A stretch of DNA of 64,000 bases from a virus. The DNA is taken from positions 1 to 64,000 of the IMG/VR virus record IMGVR_UViG_3300027896_000002, one strand, 5' to 3'. Within the stretch, counting starts at the first letter, position 1; the number at the start of each line of letters is the position of its first letter. Below, piece after piece: positions 39,152 to 47,845 of the stretch. The notes under the pieces were generated by a model. That model was given only the letters and a program-made list of their open reading frames with translations. It was not told the DNA's origin and ran no database searches. A program made the translations under genes and the position numbers.

Positions 39152-39600
39152 AAGGTGTCATCGCTGACGTTCATCCGAGCGTAAAGTTCGGAAAGAATTG
39201 TTTAGTCTGGTCTTTTGCCGTGATCTGTCAGGGCGTGGAGATAGGAGAAAATTGTGCAATCGGTTCGGGGGTGTTTATAGGAAAGAATTGCAGAATAGGC
39301 AATAACGTAAGGATCCAAGATAAGGCACACTTGACTCCGGGCATGATCGTTGAGAACAATGTCTTCATCGGGCCATGCGTAGTAACAATGAACGATAAAT
39401 ATCCAGTTGTATTAAATCCTGATTATGCGAAACGGCCCCCTTATTTTGAGGAGGGGTGCTCAATCGGAGCTGGAGCAATCATACTTCCAGGAGTCCGAAT
39501 AGGGAGGTTCTCTGTAATTGGGGCAGGGGCTGTCGTGACTAAAGATGTAATAGCAGAATCAATCGTGGTTGGATGCCCTGCAAAAAAGATAACTGATTAG
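39148..39600 (+). CDS. Hexapeptide-repeat sugar N-acetyltransferase (WbpD-like)
   Basis: IGENCAIGSGVFIG, IGNNVRIQ, VFIGPCVVTMNDKYP, SIGAGAIILPGV.IG, VVGCPAK. Confidence 0.9.
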   Translation: MKGVIADVHPSVKFGKNCLVWSFAVICQGVEIGENCAIGSGVFIGKNCRIGNNVRIQDKAHLTPGMIVENNVFIGPCVVTMNDKYPVVLNPDYAKRPPYFEEGCSIGAGAIILPGVRIGRFSVIGAGAVVTKDVIAESIVVGCPAKKITD

Positions 39601-39614
39601 GGAAGGAGATTAAA

Positions 39615-40037
39615 TTGAAAAAACTAAGATATGGCTTGATCGCTGGTTTCGGGTTGCTTTCTCTCATCTGTTTGTTGAATGGCCAGGCAGATGTTTATCC
39701 AGTGGTGGCACCTGAACCTTTTCGATTTTCTTTAACAGAAGTCGTGGGTTTGGTCAGCGGGATTGTTTCCGTATTTTTGGTTATTATGGGATTTTTGCTC
39801 AAGCGAACTGTCTTTGGAGAAATCGATGGCGTAAAAAAATCGGTTGAAAAGATGGATACCAAGAAACAGGATAAGTCAATGTGTGAGCAAATTGAATCTA
39901 CTGCTTGCAGGGATAGAGAAGAGATTAAGAAAGACCTTAAAGATGGAGTCAAAAAATTCAGCCGAATAGATCGAAACATTGACCGCATCATGATAAAAAT
40001 GAAACTTCCAATCGAGGGTAATAGGACTGATGATTGA
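39615..40037 (+). CDS. membrane protein (holin-like candidate)
   Basis: Two hydrophobic segments plus a charged C-terminus. Confidence 0.55.
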   Translation: MKKLRYGLIAGFGLLSLICLLNGQADVYPVVAPEPFRFSLTEVVGLVSGIVSVFLVIMGFLLKRTVFGEIDGVKKSVEKMDTKKQDKSMCEQIESTACRDREEIKKDLKDGVKKFSRIDRNIDRIMIKMKLPIEGNRTDD

Positions 40038-40053
40038 AGGAGGAAAAGAAATC

Positions 40054-40185
40054 GTGAAAGTAATTGTTTGGAGCGTTGTAATGTTTGCCATGTTTGTGGC
40101 GGGGTTGTTTGTTCCTAACGTTCGCACCTTGGCTTTATTTGGATTGGTGGCAATATTTTGGGGCTTTGTAGTTTATAGTAAATAA
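40054..40185 (+). CDS. small membrane protein
   Basis: SD GGAGG; VKVIVWSVVMFAMFVAGLFVPNVRTLALFGLVAIFWGFVVYSK. Confidence 0.55.
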   Translation: MKVIVWSVVMFAMFVAGLFVPNVRTLALFGLVAIFWGFVVYSK

Positions 40186-40216
40186 ATTTATCAAAAACTA
40201 AAGGAGGAAAAAAATT

Positions 40217-40957
40217 ATGAAAAGAAGATATGACTGGATACGTGACCTGCCAGACCATAGAGATTTTATGTTTTTGAGGCTGCCGACGAAGATTCCAAAC
40301 ACGGTAGATCTTCGCCCGAAGTGCTCTCCGATAGAGAATCAGCTACAACTTGGAGCTTGTACGGCTAATGCTGGAGTTGGCATCTATGAATGCCTTGAGC
40401 ACATTCAGGGGATGAAGTTTGATGATAAATCCCGTTTGTTTCTATACTATAATACCCGCCTTATCCAAGGAACTGTCAGTACTGACAGTGGGGGAACGAT
40501 TCGGAATACCTTCAAGGCAGAGGCGAAATATGGCATCTGTTCAGAGAAACTGTGGCTATATGATATTCAAAAGTTTGCGGTGTTACCACCGAAAAATTGT
40601 TATGCTGACGCGATAAAGCACACAATAATTATTTATCAGAGAATGCAGACCCTCGATGATTTGCTCAACTGTCTTGCTCTCGGATTTCCATTTGAATTTG
40701 GCTTCTCAGTTTATCAATCTTTTGAAAGTGATAAAGTGGCGAAGACGGGAATCGTACCAATGCCGAAGAAGACCGAAGCGTTTCTCGGGGGCCATGCGGT
40801 AGACGGAGTTGGCTATGAGATGGACAAGAAGTGGATCATCTGTCGGAACTCGTGGGGTCCGCAGTGGGGGGACTACGGATATTTTTATCTCCCGTTTAAT
40901 TACATTTCTAATCCTAACCTGGCCGCCGACTTTTGGATGGCAAAAAAAGAGACGTGA
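40217..40957 (+). CDS. Papain-family (C1A) cysteine peptidase
   Basis: VDLR, NQLQLGACTANA (Q, C), SRLFLYYN, GGHAV, RNSWG..WGDYGYF. Confidence 0.92.
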   Translation: MKRRYDWIRDLPDHRDFMFLRLPTKIPNTVDLRPKCSPIENQLQLGACTANAGVGIYECLEHIQGMKFDDKSRLFLYYNTRLIQGTVSTDSGGTIRNTFKAEAKYGICSEKLWLYDIQKFAVLPPKNCYADAIKHTIIIYQRMQTLDDLLNCLALGFPFEFGFSVYQSFESDKVAKTGIVPMPKKTEAFLGGHAVDGVGYEMDKKWIICRNSWGPQWGDYGYFYLPFNYISNPNLAADFWMAKKET

Positions 40958-41002
40958 TGCCTAAGACGCTCGTACTGTCTATTCTAAAGAGAGGTGATGG
41001 TT

Positions 41003-41188
41003 ATGATTGAAATTATTTTGACAGCCATTCTTAGAAAGGCCATATTTGCTGCCCTAATAGCTGTAGTATTTTTATGTTGGGACAAAGGGTATTTTAGGGC
41101 ATTTGATACAGATAAGGTGATAGCAAATGATCCACAGGCAATCGCGATTCTTTATGCTGGTCTTTTTATTTCCCTTGCTTTTGCTTAG
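41003..41188 (+). CDS. small 2-TM membrane protein (holin candidate)
   Basis: Two TM segments, directly upstream of and overlapping the endolysin. Confidence 0.55.
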   Translation: MIEIILTAILRKAIFAALIAVVFLCWDKGYFRAFDTDKVIANDPQAIAILYAGLFISLAFA

Positions 41189-41714
41189 CTGTAAGGGGGA
41201 AATAACAGCAGAGGCAATAGCTAAGCCAGTGGCGGCTAAGGTGTCAATTCCTGAACCTGTTGGGAAGTATGATCTTTCTTTCAAGCGCTGGGGAGAGTTT
41301 TATTTTCCCTTTGACGACTGGCGCTGGTGGAAATCTCAGGGGATAGCGGAAAGCAACCTTAACCCAAATGCGGTGTCATGGTGTGGGGCTGTTGGGGTAA
41401 TGCAAATTATGCCAGCTACTGCAACGGGTTTAGGCGTAAAGAACAGGTTAGATGCAGAAGAGAGTATCCAGGGAGGAATTAAATACGATAATCAGGTCGA
41501 TAGAGTTTTTAAAAGTGTTGACCAGCCAGAGCGAAGGAAATTTATGTTTGCAGGTTACAACGCTGGGCCTGGAAATATTACGAAGGCTAAAAAATTGGCC
41601 GGTTCTGATACGTGGGATGTTACCGCAAATTCTCTTAACCTTGTTACCGGCCATAATTCGTTAGAGACAATAAACTACGTTAAGAGGATCTGCAAAATAA
41701 AAAAAGACCTTTAA
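41127..41714 (+). CDS. Lytic transglycosylase (SLT) endolysin with lipoprotein-type signal
   Basis: AESNLNPNAVS..GAVGVMQIMPAT, AGYNAGPGN, ETINYVKRI; N-terminal ..RQSR-hydrophobic-LLSC. Confidence 0.88.
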   Translation: MIHRQSRFFMLVFLFPLLLLSCKGEITAEAIAKPVAAKVSIPEPVGKYDLSFKRWGEFYFPFDDWRWWKSQGIAESNLNPNAVSWCGAVGVMQIMPATATGLGVKNRLDAEESIQGGIKYDNQVDRVFKSVDQPERRKFMFAGYNAGPGNITKAKKLAGSDTWDVTANSLNLVTGHNSLETINYVKRICKIKKDL

Positions 41715-41729
41715 AGGAGGTGATCACAA

Positions 41730-41993
41730 ATGAGAAAATGGCTATCATGGTTTATGTTTTTTTTGATGTCGTGTCTCTTGTTCGTTATCTCTGCGTGTTC
41801 GGGGTCAACGACAGGTTCAGCTGTCGAAAAAACGATCATCCTGATTGTGGTGCTGATGATTGTGGCTATCTGCTTATTGATCGCCTTGGGGATTTTCCTC
41901 TACAAGGTATATAAGCACAATAAGGACAAAATCGCCGCAGTTCATACTACTGTCAATGAGGTGCAACAAGCTGTGGCCACTCTCAAAAAGTAA
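41730..41993 (+). CDS. membrane protein
   Basis: SD AAAGGAGGTG; two hydrophobic segments. Confidence 0.65.
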   Translation: MRKWLSWFMFFLMSCLLFVISACSGSTTGSAVEKTIILIVVLMIVAICLLIALGIFLYKVYKHNKDKIAAVHTTVNEVQQAVATLKK

Positions 41994-42000
41994 AAATTCA

Positions 42001-42070
42001 TTCTGGGACGAGGGGTCAAACACGGGTTAGCCAAGGGCAAGAAATACTCCACCCGTGCCTCGTCCCAGAA
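42001..42070 (+). other. intergenic nested stem-loop
   Basis: TTCTGGGACGAGG/CCTCGTCCCAGAA outer stem (13 bp) and CACGGGT/ACCCGTG inner stem. Confidence 0.6.
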
Positions 42071-42085
42071 TAAAGGAAAATAAAC

Positions 42086-42790
42086 ATGAACTTAAAAACA
42101 AGGCTTGATCTTTTATGGCAGAGCCCACCCGTTTATTTGAAGACCAAAGATCCGGTGGCAATATTCTCTGATCATCACATGAATGATCAAGGCGTGGCAG
42201 ATTATTTCTTTCCGAACTATCCTCGTTACTTAAAAATTCGTAGAAATTATGCAAATAGTGGGTGGGTGACTATTGATTTAGGAGATAGGGAAGATCTCTG
42301 GAAATATCCGAAAGTACAAATTATTCGAGAAAGATACAAGGAAGCCTACGAGCTGGATGAACAACTTCGACGAGAAGGGCTATACTTTAAGGTGGGAGGA
42401 AATCACAATATTCAACTTGGGTATCCAGAAGCCTTAGTTTTAGACCATCCTGCCGGAAAGTTTCTACTGGTTCATGGGTACCAGGGTGATTTTTTTAATG
42501 ATACGATGTGGCCGATTGCCATGCTGTTTGTGAGATATGTTGCCGACCCACTTGAAAAGATCGGCATTAAAGACCCTTGGAGCGTGAGCAAGAACCCAAA
42601 GAGGCACAAGAAGATAAGGGATGCCTTGATCTACTGGGCCAATCATGCTGATCCATCTATGACAGGAATGATCGCAGGACACACTCATAAGCAAGAGCAG
42701 ATTGGGCGTTATTTTAATGTGGGGTGTGAGATGCATACCCAGCTTGAGTGTATAGAGATTAATCAAACAATTCAACTGAGAACGTGGTAG
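42086..42790 (+). CDS. Calcineurin-like metallophosphoesterase (LpxH-like)
   Basis: FSDHH, LGDREDLW, GGNHN, LVHG, AGHTH. Confidence 0.88.
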   Translation: MNLKTRLDLLWQSPPVYLKTKDPVAIFSDHHMNDQGVADYFFPNYPRYLKIRRNYANSGWVTIDLGDREDLWKYPKVQIIRERYKEAYELDEQLRREGLYFKVGGNHNIQLGYPEALVLDHPAGKFLLVHGYQGDFFNDTMWPIAMLFVRYVADPLEKIGIKDPWSVSKNPKRHKKIRDALIYWANHADPSMTGMIAGHTHKQEQIGRYFNVGCEMHTQLECIEINQTIQLRTW

Positions 42791-42802
42791 GAGGATAAGT
42801 TA

Positions 42803-42925
42803 ATGAAAAAAGTTATTCGCTGGTCGGTAATAGGAATTTTAGTAGGTGTTTTTTCTCCGTATATAATCATAGCTATCTTGAACTTCGTCAACTCCTGGCT
42901 TAATAGCTGGAAATTTAATTGGTGA
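42803..42925 (+). CDS. small membrane peptide (40 aa)
   Basis: SD GGAGG; MKKVIRWSVIGILVGVFSPYIIIAILNFVNSWLNSWKFNW. Confidence 0.6.
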   Translation: MKKVIRWSVIGILVGVFSPYIIIAILNFVNSWLNSWKFNW

Positions 42926-42938
42926 AGGAGATTAGAGA

Positions 42939-43055
42939 ATGAAAAAGATTATCTATTGGTCAATAATAGTAATTTTGATAGTTGCTCTTTCTCCATTTAT
43001 AATCTTGTTTATAGCTGGAGATTTAGTTGGCGAAGGTCTTTCAATGTTAAGTTAA
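42939..43055 (+). CDS. small membrane peptide (38 aa), paralog of the preceding one
   Basis: SD AAGGAG; MKKIIYWSIIVILIVALSPFIILFIAGDLVGEGLSMLS. Confidence 0.6.
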   Translation: MKKIIYWSIIVILIVALSPFIILFIAGDLVGEGLSMLS

Positions 43056-43069
43056 AAGGATGTATAAAA

Positions 43070-43138
43070 ATGGAAATCTATATTGGAATTTTTGGTTTAA
43101 TTTTGGCTCTCCTTATTTGCTGGCTAATTTGGCCGTAG
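43070..43138 (+). CDS. small membrane peptide (22 aa)
   Basis: SD AAAGGA; MEIYIGIFGLILALLICWLIWP. Confidence 0.5.
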   Translation: MEIYIGIFGLILALLICWLIWP

Positions 43139-43149
43139 GAGGTGAGTTT

Positions 43150-43209
43150 ATGATTCCTTATATTGTGGTAGGTCTTTTAGTGATAGGTGTGATTTGGAGA
43201 AACTGGTAG
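43150..43209 (+). CDS. small membrane peptide (19 aa)
   Basis: SD AGGAGGTG; MIPYIVVGLLVIGVIWRNW. Confidence 0.5.
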   Translation: MIPYIVVGLLVIGVIWRNW

Positions 43210-43222
43210 GAGGTGAATCAGT

Positions 43223-43390
43223 ATGTTGAAGTATTGGCTATGTCTTATTGCGATTGTAGGTCTGGTTATAGCGGGACTAATATTCAAGACCAAAACAGGT
43301 GGAGTGAATGTTATTTTCTTCTTTGCTTTGATAGCATTAGGTTGGGCATTTTTATTGCTTACAAACAGAAAATGGGAACGGGAGGAATAA
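43223..43390 (+). CDS. small 2-TM protein (55 aa)
   Basis: SD AGGAGGTG; MLKYWLCLIAIVGLVIAGLIFKTKTGGVNVIFFFALIALGWAFLLLTNRKWEREE. Confidence 0.6.
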   Translation: MLKYWLCLIAIVGLVIAGLIFKTKTGGVNVIFFFALIALGWAFLLLTNRKWEREE

Positions 43391-43393
43391 ATA

Positions 43394-43498
43394 ATGTTAC
43401 GAATCTTACATAACCAAAAAAGGTATCAGAGATTTAATCCATTTACACTCATTATGGTGTTGATAGTTATTGCAGTCACATATCTCTTATCAAAGTAA
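43394..43498 (+). CDS. small membrane peptide (34 aa)
   Basis: SD GGAGG; MLRILHNQKRYQRFNPFTLIMVLIVIAVTYLLSK. Confidence 0.5.
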   Translation: MLRILHNQKRYQRFNPFTLIMVLIVIAVTYLLSK

Positions 43499-43520
43499 GA
43501 ACTGAAAAGGAGGGAGTTTG

Positions 43521-43940
43521 ATGGAACGAATAATGAAATTTATTAAGATATTTCCATGGTGGTTTTGGATCTTGGTAATTGTAGGCTTGCTTTTTCTATG
43601 GCAGGCTTTTTCAGGATGGTCAATGTCTAAAAAATATTTCGATCTGGCCGTTCAGGGCCTTAAGACAGAAGAGTCTCAGGTCCTTAAAAATAAGGATGAA
43701 TACATCAAGGCATGTGAGACAGAGATCAGAGATAAGCAGGTAGAGATCGATCAGATTAAGAAAGAGAAGGCAACGCTACAGATTGATAAAGTCAATTCGG
43801 CCGCTGAAGTTGTCCGGCTAAAAAGGAGCAACGATGACCTTAAAAGGCAGATTCGAGAAATCATTATTCCTGATGATCCTGATCGGATCATTGACGATCT
43901 GCGGAAACGCTTTCCCTCAATCCATAAGATTCAGCCTTGA
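43521..43940 (+). CDS. putative i-spanin (Rz-like)
   Basis: N-terminal TM plus coiled coil; overlaps the next gene. Confidence 0.6.
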   Translation: MERIMKFIKIFPWWFWILVIVGLLFLWQAFSGWSMSKKYFDLAVQGLKTEESQVLKNKDEYIKACETEIRDKQVEIDQIKKEKATLQIDKVNSAAEVVRLKRSNDDLKRQIREIIIPDDPDRIIDDLRKRFPSIHKIQP

Positions 43941-44283
43941 GTTTCCTGATCTTAAGGAATGGGATAAGCAGACCCAGGAATATCCGCTTCAAAATAAATT
44001 GATTGAAGATCAGGCCAAGACAATTCAAGAGCTCGAAAAATCTCTCGCCATAGAGATAAAAACCAACGAGCTGAACCAGCGAGAGCTCAATTTAAAAGAT
44101 CAGATCATTGGCTTAAAAGATCAGGAGATAGCGGCAACAAACAGGGCCAACGCTCAGTTAAAAGATGTCACGGATCGAGCTATCAAGCTGGCTGAGATCT
44201 CAAAGCCAAAATCCAACTGGGAACTCCAGGGAATTCTCTCTGGGGTAGCATTGGCTGTTGGATATTTTCTTGGAAGAAGATAA
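43834..44283 (+). CDS. putative spanin partner (signal peptide, coiled coil, C-terminal TM)
   Basis: Overlapping arrangement at the end of the lysis cassette. Confidence 0.5.
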   Translation: MTLKGRFEKSLFLMILIGSLTICGNAFPQSIRFSLEFPDLKEWDKQTQEYPLQNKLIEDQAKTIQELEKSLAIEIKTNELNQRELNLKDQIIGLKDQEIAATNRANAQLKDVTDRAIKLAEISKPKSNWELQGILSGVALAVGYFLGRR

Positions 44284-44700
44284 TTATAAGTAATGACATT
44301 CCGCTATCAACGGGTGATCTTTCACTAGCATCGGGACGATCCAATTTAGGTTAGTAATTATATTTGGGGGTAAAGAATCAATAGAAAATATTTTGACCTC
44401 TTCATCAGTTATAGACCTTATGTCTCGCATAGAGCCAAAGGCGCGAAACACCCAGCACTTCCAGTCTTTACCATTCATCTTTAGGATTATCTCCCAACTT
44501 GAGATTTCTAACCCTGCCTCCTCCTTAAATTCACGGATCATTGCCTTAAGAGGGTCTTCCCCGATCATGACCTTTCCTCCAATCCCGTTGAACCTCCCAC
44601 TCTGCCATTTTGGCCTATTCTTTTTTATTAAGGCTACTGTAGTTTTATCCCCTGAAAAATAAAAACCCAAGACATACCATCTTATAGCAATATTTTTCAC
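44284..44700 (-). CDS. NUDIX hydrolase
   Basis: NGIGGKVMIGEDPLKAMIREFKEEAGL Nudix box. Confidence 0.93.
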   Translation of the reverse strand: MKNIAIRWYVLGFYFSGDKTTVALIKKNRPKWQSGRFNGIGGKVMIGEDPLKAMIREFKEEAGLEISSWEIILKMNGKDWKCWVFRAFGSMRDIRSITDEEVKIFSIDSLPPNIITNLNWIVPMLVKDHPLIAECHYL

Positions 44701-44711
44701 AATGCACCTCC

Positions 44712-45272
44712 TTATTGGTTTTGAACCAGGACATATAGGTTAGCTAAATTTTCTAAGATTCTATTTTTATAGTGCCCGTCTTTTCCGCCTAGATATAGGT
44801 CAAGGGTTTTAGAAATATCTTCACTACTCTGTTTGGAGCATTCATCTAGGATCAAAGATCCTGCCCTTATCGATGGTTTAACATCAAACAAATCTCTCCT
44901 GTTTTTTGCTATCCCCAACTTTAACAAGGCAACCTTGTGAGTATCATACATCACCTGAGTTAGGCCAATCGCCCCTTTGCTTGAAATGGCCGTGGGGACA
45001 AATTCGCTTTCGACAAAAGTTAAAGCCAGGACCAAAAGGGGCTTGTGAGTTTTAAGTGACTCTTGAACTATGGTCCTTGCCGTAAATTCAGAAATCCGGC
45101 TTGAATGGTCAAAGACCCATTTTGTCAGGGAGATTTGAACTATCTCATTTCTTAAGCGGTTGGTCTCTTCCTTCTTTGTCTCTGGTAAATTCATCATTTC
45201 TAATTGGTATAAAACCCAGATCCCAGTTCCTATTGCAGTAAGTAAAAGTATCCCAGCAATTAATTTTTTCAT
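44712..45272 (-). CDS. Lytic transglycosylase (SLT) with N-terminal membrane anchor
   Basis: LVLALTFVESEF.P.AISSKGAIGLTQVM, LFD...SIRAG..IL. Confidence 0.88.
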   Translation of the reverse strand: MKKLIAGILLLTAIGTGIWVLYQLEMMNLPETKKEETNRLRNEIVQISLTKWVFDHSSRISEFTARTIVQESLKTHKPLLVLALTFVESEFVPTAISSKGAIGLTQVMYDTHKVALLKLGIAKNRRDLFDVKPSIRAGSLILDECSKQSSEDISKTLDLYLGGKDGHYKNRILENLANLYVLVQNQ

Positions 45273-45292
45273 CTTTATTACCTCCCTTTATT

Positions 45293-45706
45293 TTATGCCC
45301 ATGAAATAATTCTTTTGAATTGTGGCCAATCAATTGAATTATCCCAAACATGGGTTGCCACATCTTCCATCTGGGCCTTATTTAAGGTCCCAATAAGATA
45401 AATCTTTTTCCATGAAAAAATAAGATAGGTTCGTTCAATTCGAATTAAGAGCCAGCACCATCCACCATTATGGCCACGGTTTTGTAACCATGCTCGCTGT
45501 TGGTCAGTAAATCCTGGGACCTTAACAATTGTCATTGGATTTTTTGGCCAAGCATCAAGAGACTTCAACTCAATCCAACCATTTATCTTATTGATTCCAT
45601 ATGAAACATCTGGCACCCCAGGTGAAAGTCGATCTTCATGTCGAGCAGCATCCCATGAGTTTCTCATTCCGCTTCGTAAGTATAGCCATAGAGACCTTTC
45701 TGCCAT
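45293..45706 (-). CDS. PD-(D/E)xK nuclease / VRR-NUC-like Holliday junction resolvase
   Basis: RHE....GVPDV......GWIELK, QRAW...R...GG; adjacent to the polymerase. Confidence 0.8.
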   Translation of the reverse strand: MAERSLWLYLRSGMRNSWDAARHEDRLSPGVPDVSYGINKINGWIELKSLDAWPKNPMTIVKVPGFTDQQRAWLQNRGHNGGWCWLLIRIERTYLIFSWKKIYLIGTLNKAQMEDVATHVWDNSIDWPQFKRIISWA

Positions 45707-47628
45707 TATTTTGTCCCCCAATTCTCTACAAGAGCATGGTCTATGATGATTGGGACCTTAAACTTGATCGTTGTTTCCATGATGTGGATCATTTCCTTAA
45801 AGGCCTCTTTTCCCTCTTTCGTCTTTGGCACAGAAGAAATTAGTTCATCATGAACGGTAAGATGTGGAATTAAAATACCACACAGCCCTGCTTCCCAAAT
45901 ATCAACCATGGCCTTTTTTATAAGGTCAGCGGCACTTCCCTGGATGATAGCGTTTAGGGCCCGATAGGTATAAGCTCGCTGTACCCCAGGACGTGGTGGA
46001 ATTTCACCTTTGTCTAAGGCTTCCCAAATTTTTTTATTAACTTGTTTAAGCATCAAGCTTTTATCTTCAATGGCATCAAGTTCCTTAGCTAAGGTGTAAT
46101 CAACTGGAGCCCAGGTAATAAAGCGGCGCCGCCGGTTTAAAATTGTTTTAACATAGCCCTTTAAAAGAGCCGCGTTGGAAGCAGCCTCAAGGGTAGTTTT
46201 CATAAAAGGAATCTTTTCATTATATTCTTGAAGAAATTTTTCGGCTTCAGTGTACGGAAGTCCCAACTGTCTGGCAAGTTTTCTAAGGCCCATGCCATAG
46301 ATTAAACCAAAATTAATGTCTTTAGCCTTTCGCCTTTGCTCTGGTTTACCAATTGTATTTGCGCACCATTGGTGATAGTCAATTTTTGGATTTTCATTAT
46401 ACTCAGCCCTAAATTGATCTGACCCAAGCCCAATGGCATAATGGGCAAAGATCCGAAATTCAACCTGTGAGTAGTCGGCTTTTCCTAAATCACATCCTTT
46501 TTCAGGGATAAACATTGAACGACACAATGGCCCCAGTTCTTCATCACGAGCTGGAATAAATTGCAAGTTTGGGTGAGAGCATGAAAAACGCCCAGTAACA
46601 GTTCCGTACTCATCTGATAGTAGTTGGTTGAAAAGACAATGAACTCGGCCATTGATAAGCTGGTCTTTAATCGAGCCTTTCAAAAAGGTTCCAATAAATT
46701 TATCAAGGGTACGGCACGCGGTGATTAACTTAGGCAACGGATGCTCATGGGCCCTTAACCATTCCTTAACAAAAGAAGGCTTTTTAGTCTTAGCGGTCAG
46801 AGGATATTCAACTTTAAATTTGTCAAAGGCCTTGGCAATATCCTCCGCTGCCTGATAATTAATTTTAAAGCCTACAAGCTTTTTTAATTCAGCGTAGGTT
46901 CGTTTTAGACGTTTATTATATTCAATGATAGCGTGATTTAACTTAGTTTCATCAATCCGAATACCAATGCGTCTCATCTGTAAAAGTAGCGGGGAAAGCC
47001 TAGTCTCAAGCAAGAAAAGGTCCCATAGCTCTTCGGCCTTTAAAATTGACGCCTGCTTCTTAAAGATTTTAATTGGCAGCCTGACGTCTTGCTTCGCGTA
47101 GCAGGTGACTTTTTCAAAGGGAATTTTCCAAAGGTATTTTTGAACCTTGCCCTTCCACCCACGCTCAAGGCAATAGGCCTCAAGCTCAGTTTCTTCCTTA
47201 GTTTCACCTAAATACTTTTTAGCGAGGGCTCCAAGATTATAGTTGCCAGCGTTGTTCTCATCAAGCAAGGGCTCGGCAATTTGCACATCATACCAAGGTC
47301 CTTTTACCTGAACACCTTGCTCGGCTAAAAAATCAAAATCATATAGAAGGTTAGTCCCAAGCTTTATCTGTGAAACTCGACTAAGTTCTTTTTTAAGCCA
47401 TGAAAAAACAGCCTTCTTGTTAAGGTTAGGGCCCCAATCATGGGCGATAGGGTAATATTCACAAAAATCATGGTCAGCGGCAATTGAGACGCCAATGATG
47501 TAAGCATCTCGACGAACCCCAGGTCCTTTTTCTACAAGGTCATCATCTCTGGTCTCAACGTCAATGCTAATGACCTTGGCTCTTGAAAGGTCAGGAAAAC
47601 TATCTGGTAAATGGTAAAGGTCAGGCAT
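45706..47628 (-). CDS. DNA polymerase family A with 3'-5' exonuclease
   Basis: SIDVET, TVTGRFSCSHPNLQFIP, ADYSQVEFR, RRKAKDINFGLIYGMG, NAIIQGSAAD, TVHDEL. Confidence 0.97.
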   Translation of the reverse strand: MPDLYHLPDSFPDLSRAKVISIDVETRDDDLVEKGPGVRRDAYIIGVSIAADHDFCEYYPIAHDWGPNLNKKAVFSWLKKELSRVSQIKLGTNLLYDFDFLAEQGVQVKGPWYDVQIAEPLLDENNAGNYNLGALAKKYLGETKEETELEAYCLERGWKGKVQKYLWKIPFEKVTCYAKQDVRLPIKIFKKQASILKAEELWDLFLLETRLSPLLLQMRRIGIRIDETKLNHAIIEYNKRLKRTYAELKKLVGFKINYQAAEDIAKAFDKFKVEYPLTAKTKKPSFVKEWLRAHEHPLPKLITACRTLDKFIGTFLKGSIKDQLINGRVHCLFNQLLSDEYGTVTGRFSCSHPNLQFIPARDEELGPLCRSMFIPEKGCDLGKADYSQVEFRIFAHYAIGLGSDQFRAEYNENPKIDYHQWCANTIGKPEQRRKAKDINFGLIYGMGLRKLARQLGLPYTEAEKFLQEYNEKIPFMKTTLEAASNAALLKGYVKTILNRRRRFITWAPVDYTLAKELDAIEDKSLMLKQVNKKIWEALDKGEIPPRPGVQRAYTYRALNAIIQGSAADLIKKAMVDIWEAGLCGILIPHLTVHDELISSVPKTKEGKEAFKEMIHIMETTIKFKVPIIIDHALVENWGTK

Positions 47629-47845
47629 AGCTACCTCATGGCTTCATACCCTGGGTCATTCAGGATCATCCAGGATCATTTTCTTTGGTTAGGTATATAT
47701 CTTCCTATTAGGGCCCCTTAAAAAGAGGCTTAAAACATGTCCTCGGGAGCATAAATCTAATCATTTAGGACCATTCAGAATCAACTTTGATCATAAGTAC
47801 ATAACCTTCTATAGGTCTTATGGGATAACACCTTAAGACCATGTC

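Noticed and set aside
42956-43413. ORF-track calls 42956..43138 and 43213..43413
   Set aside because: They lack good SD-start pairs. The SD-led hydrophobic micro-ORFs explain the region better.
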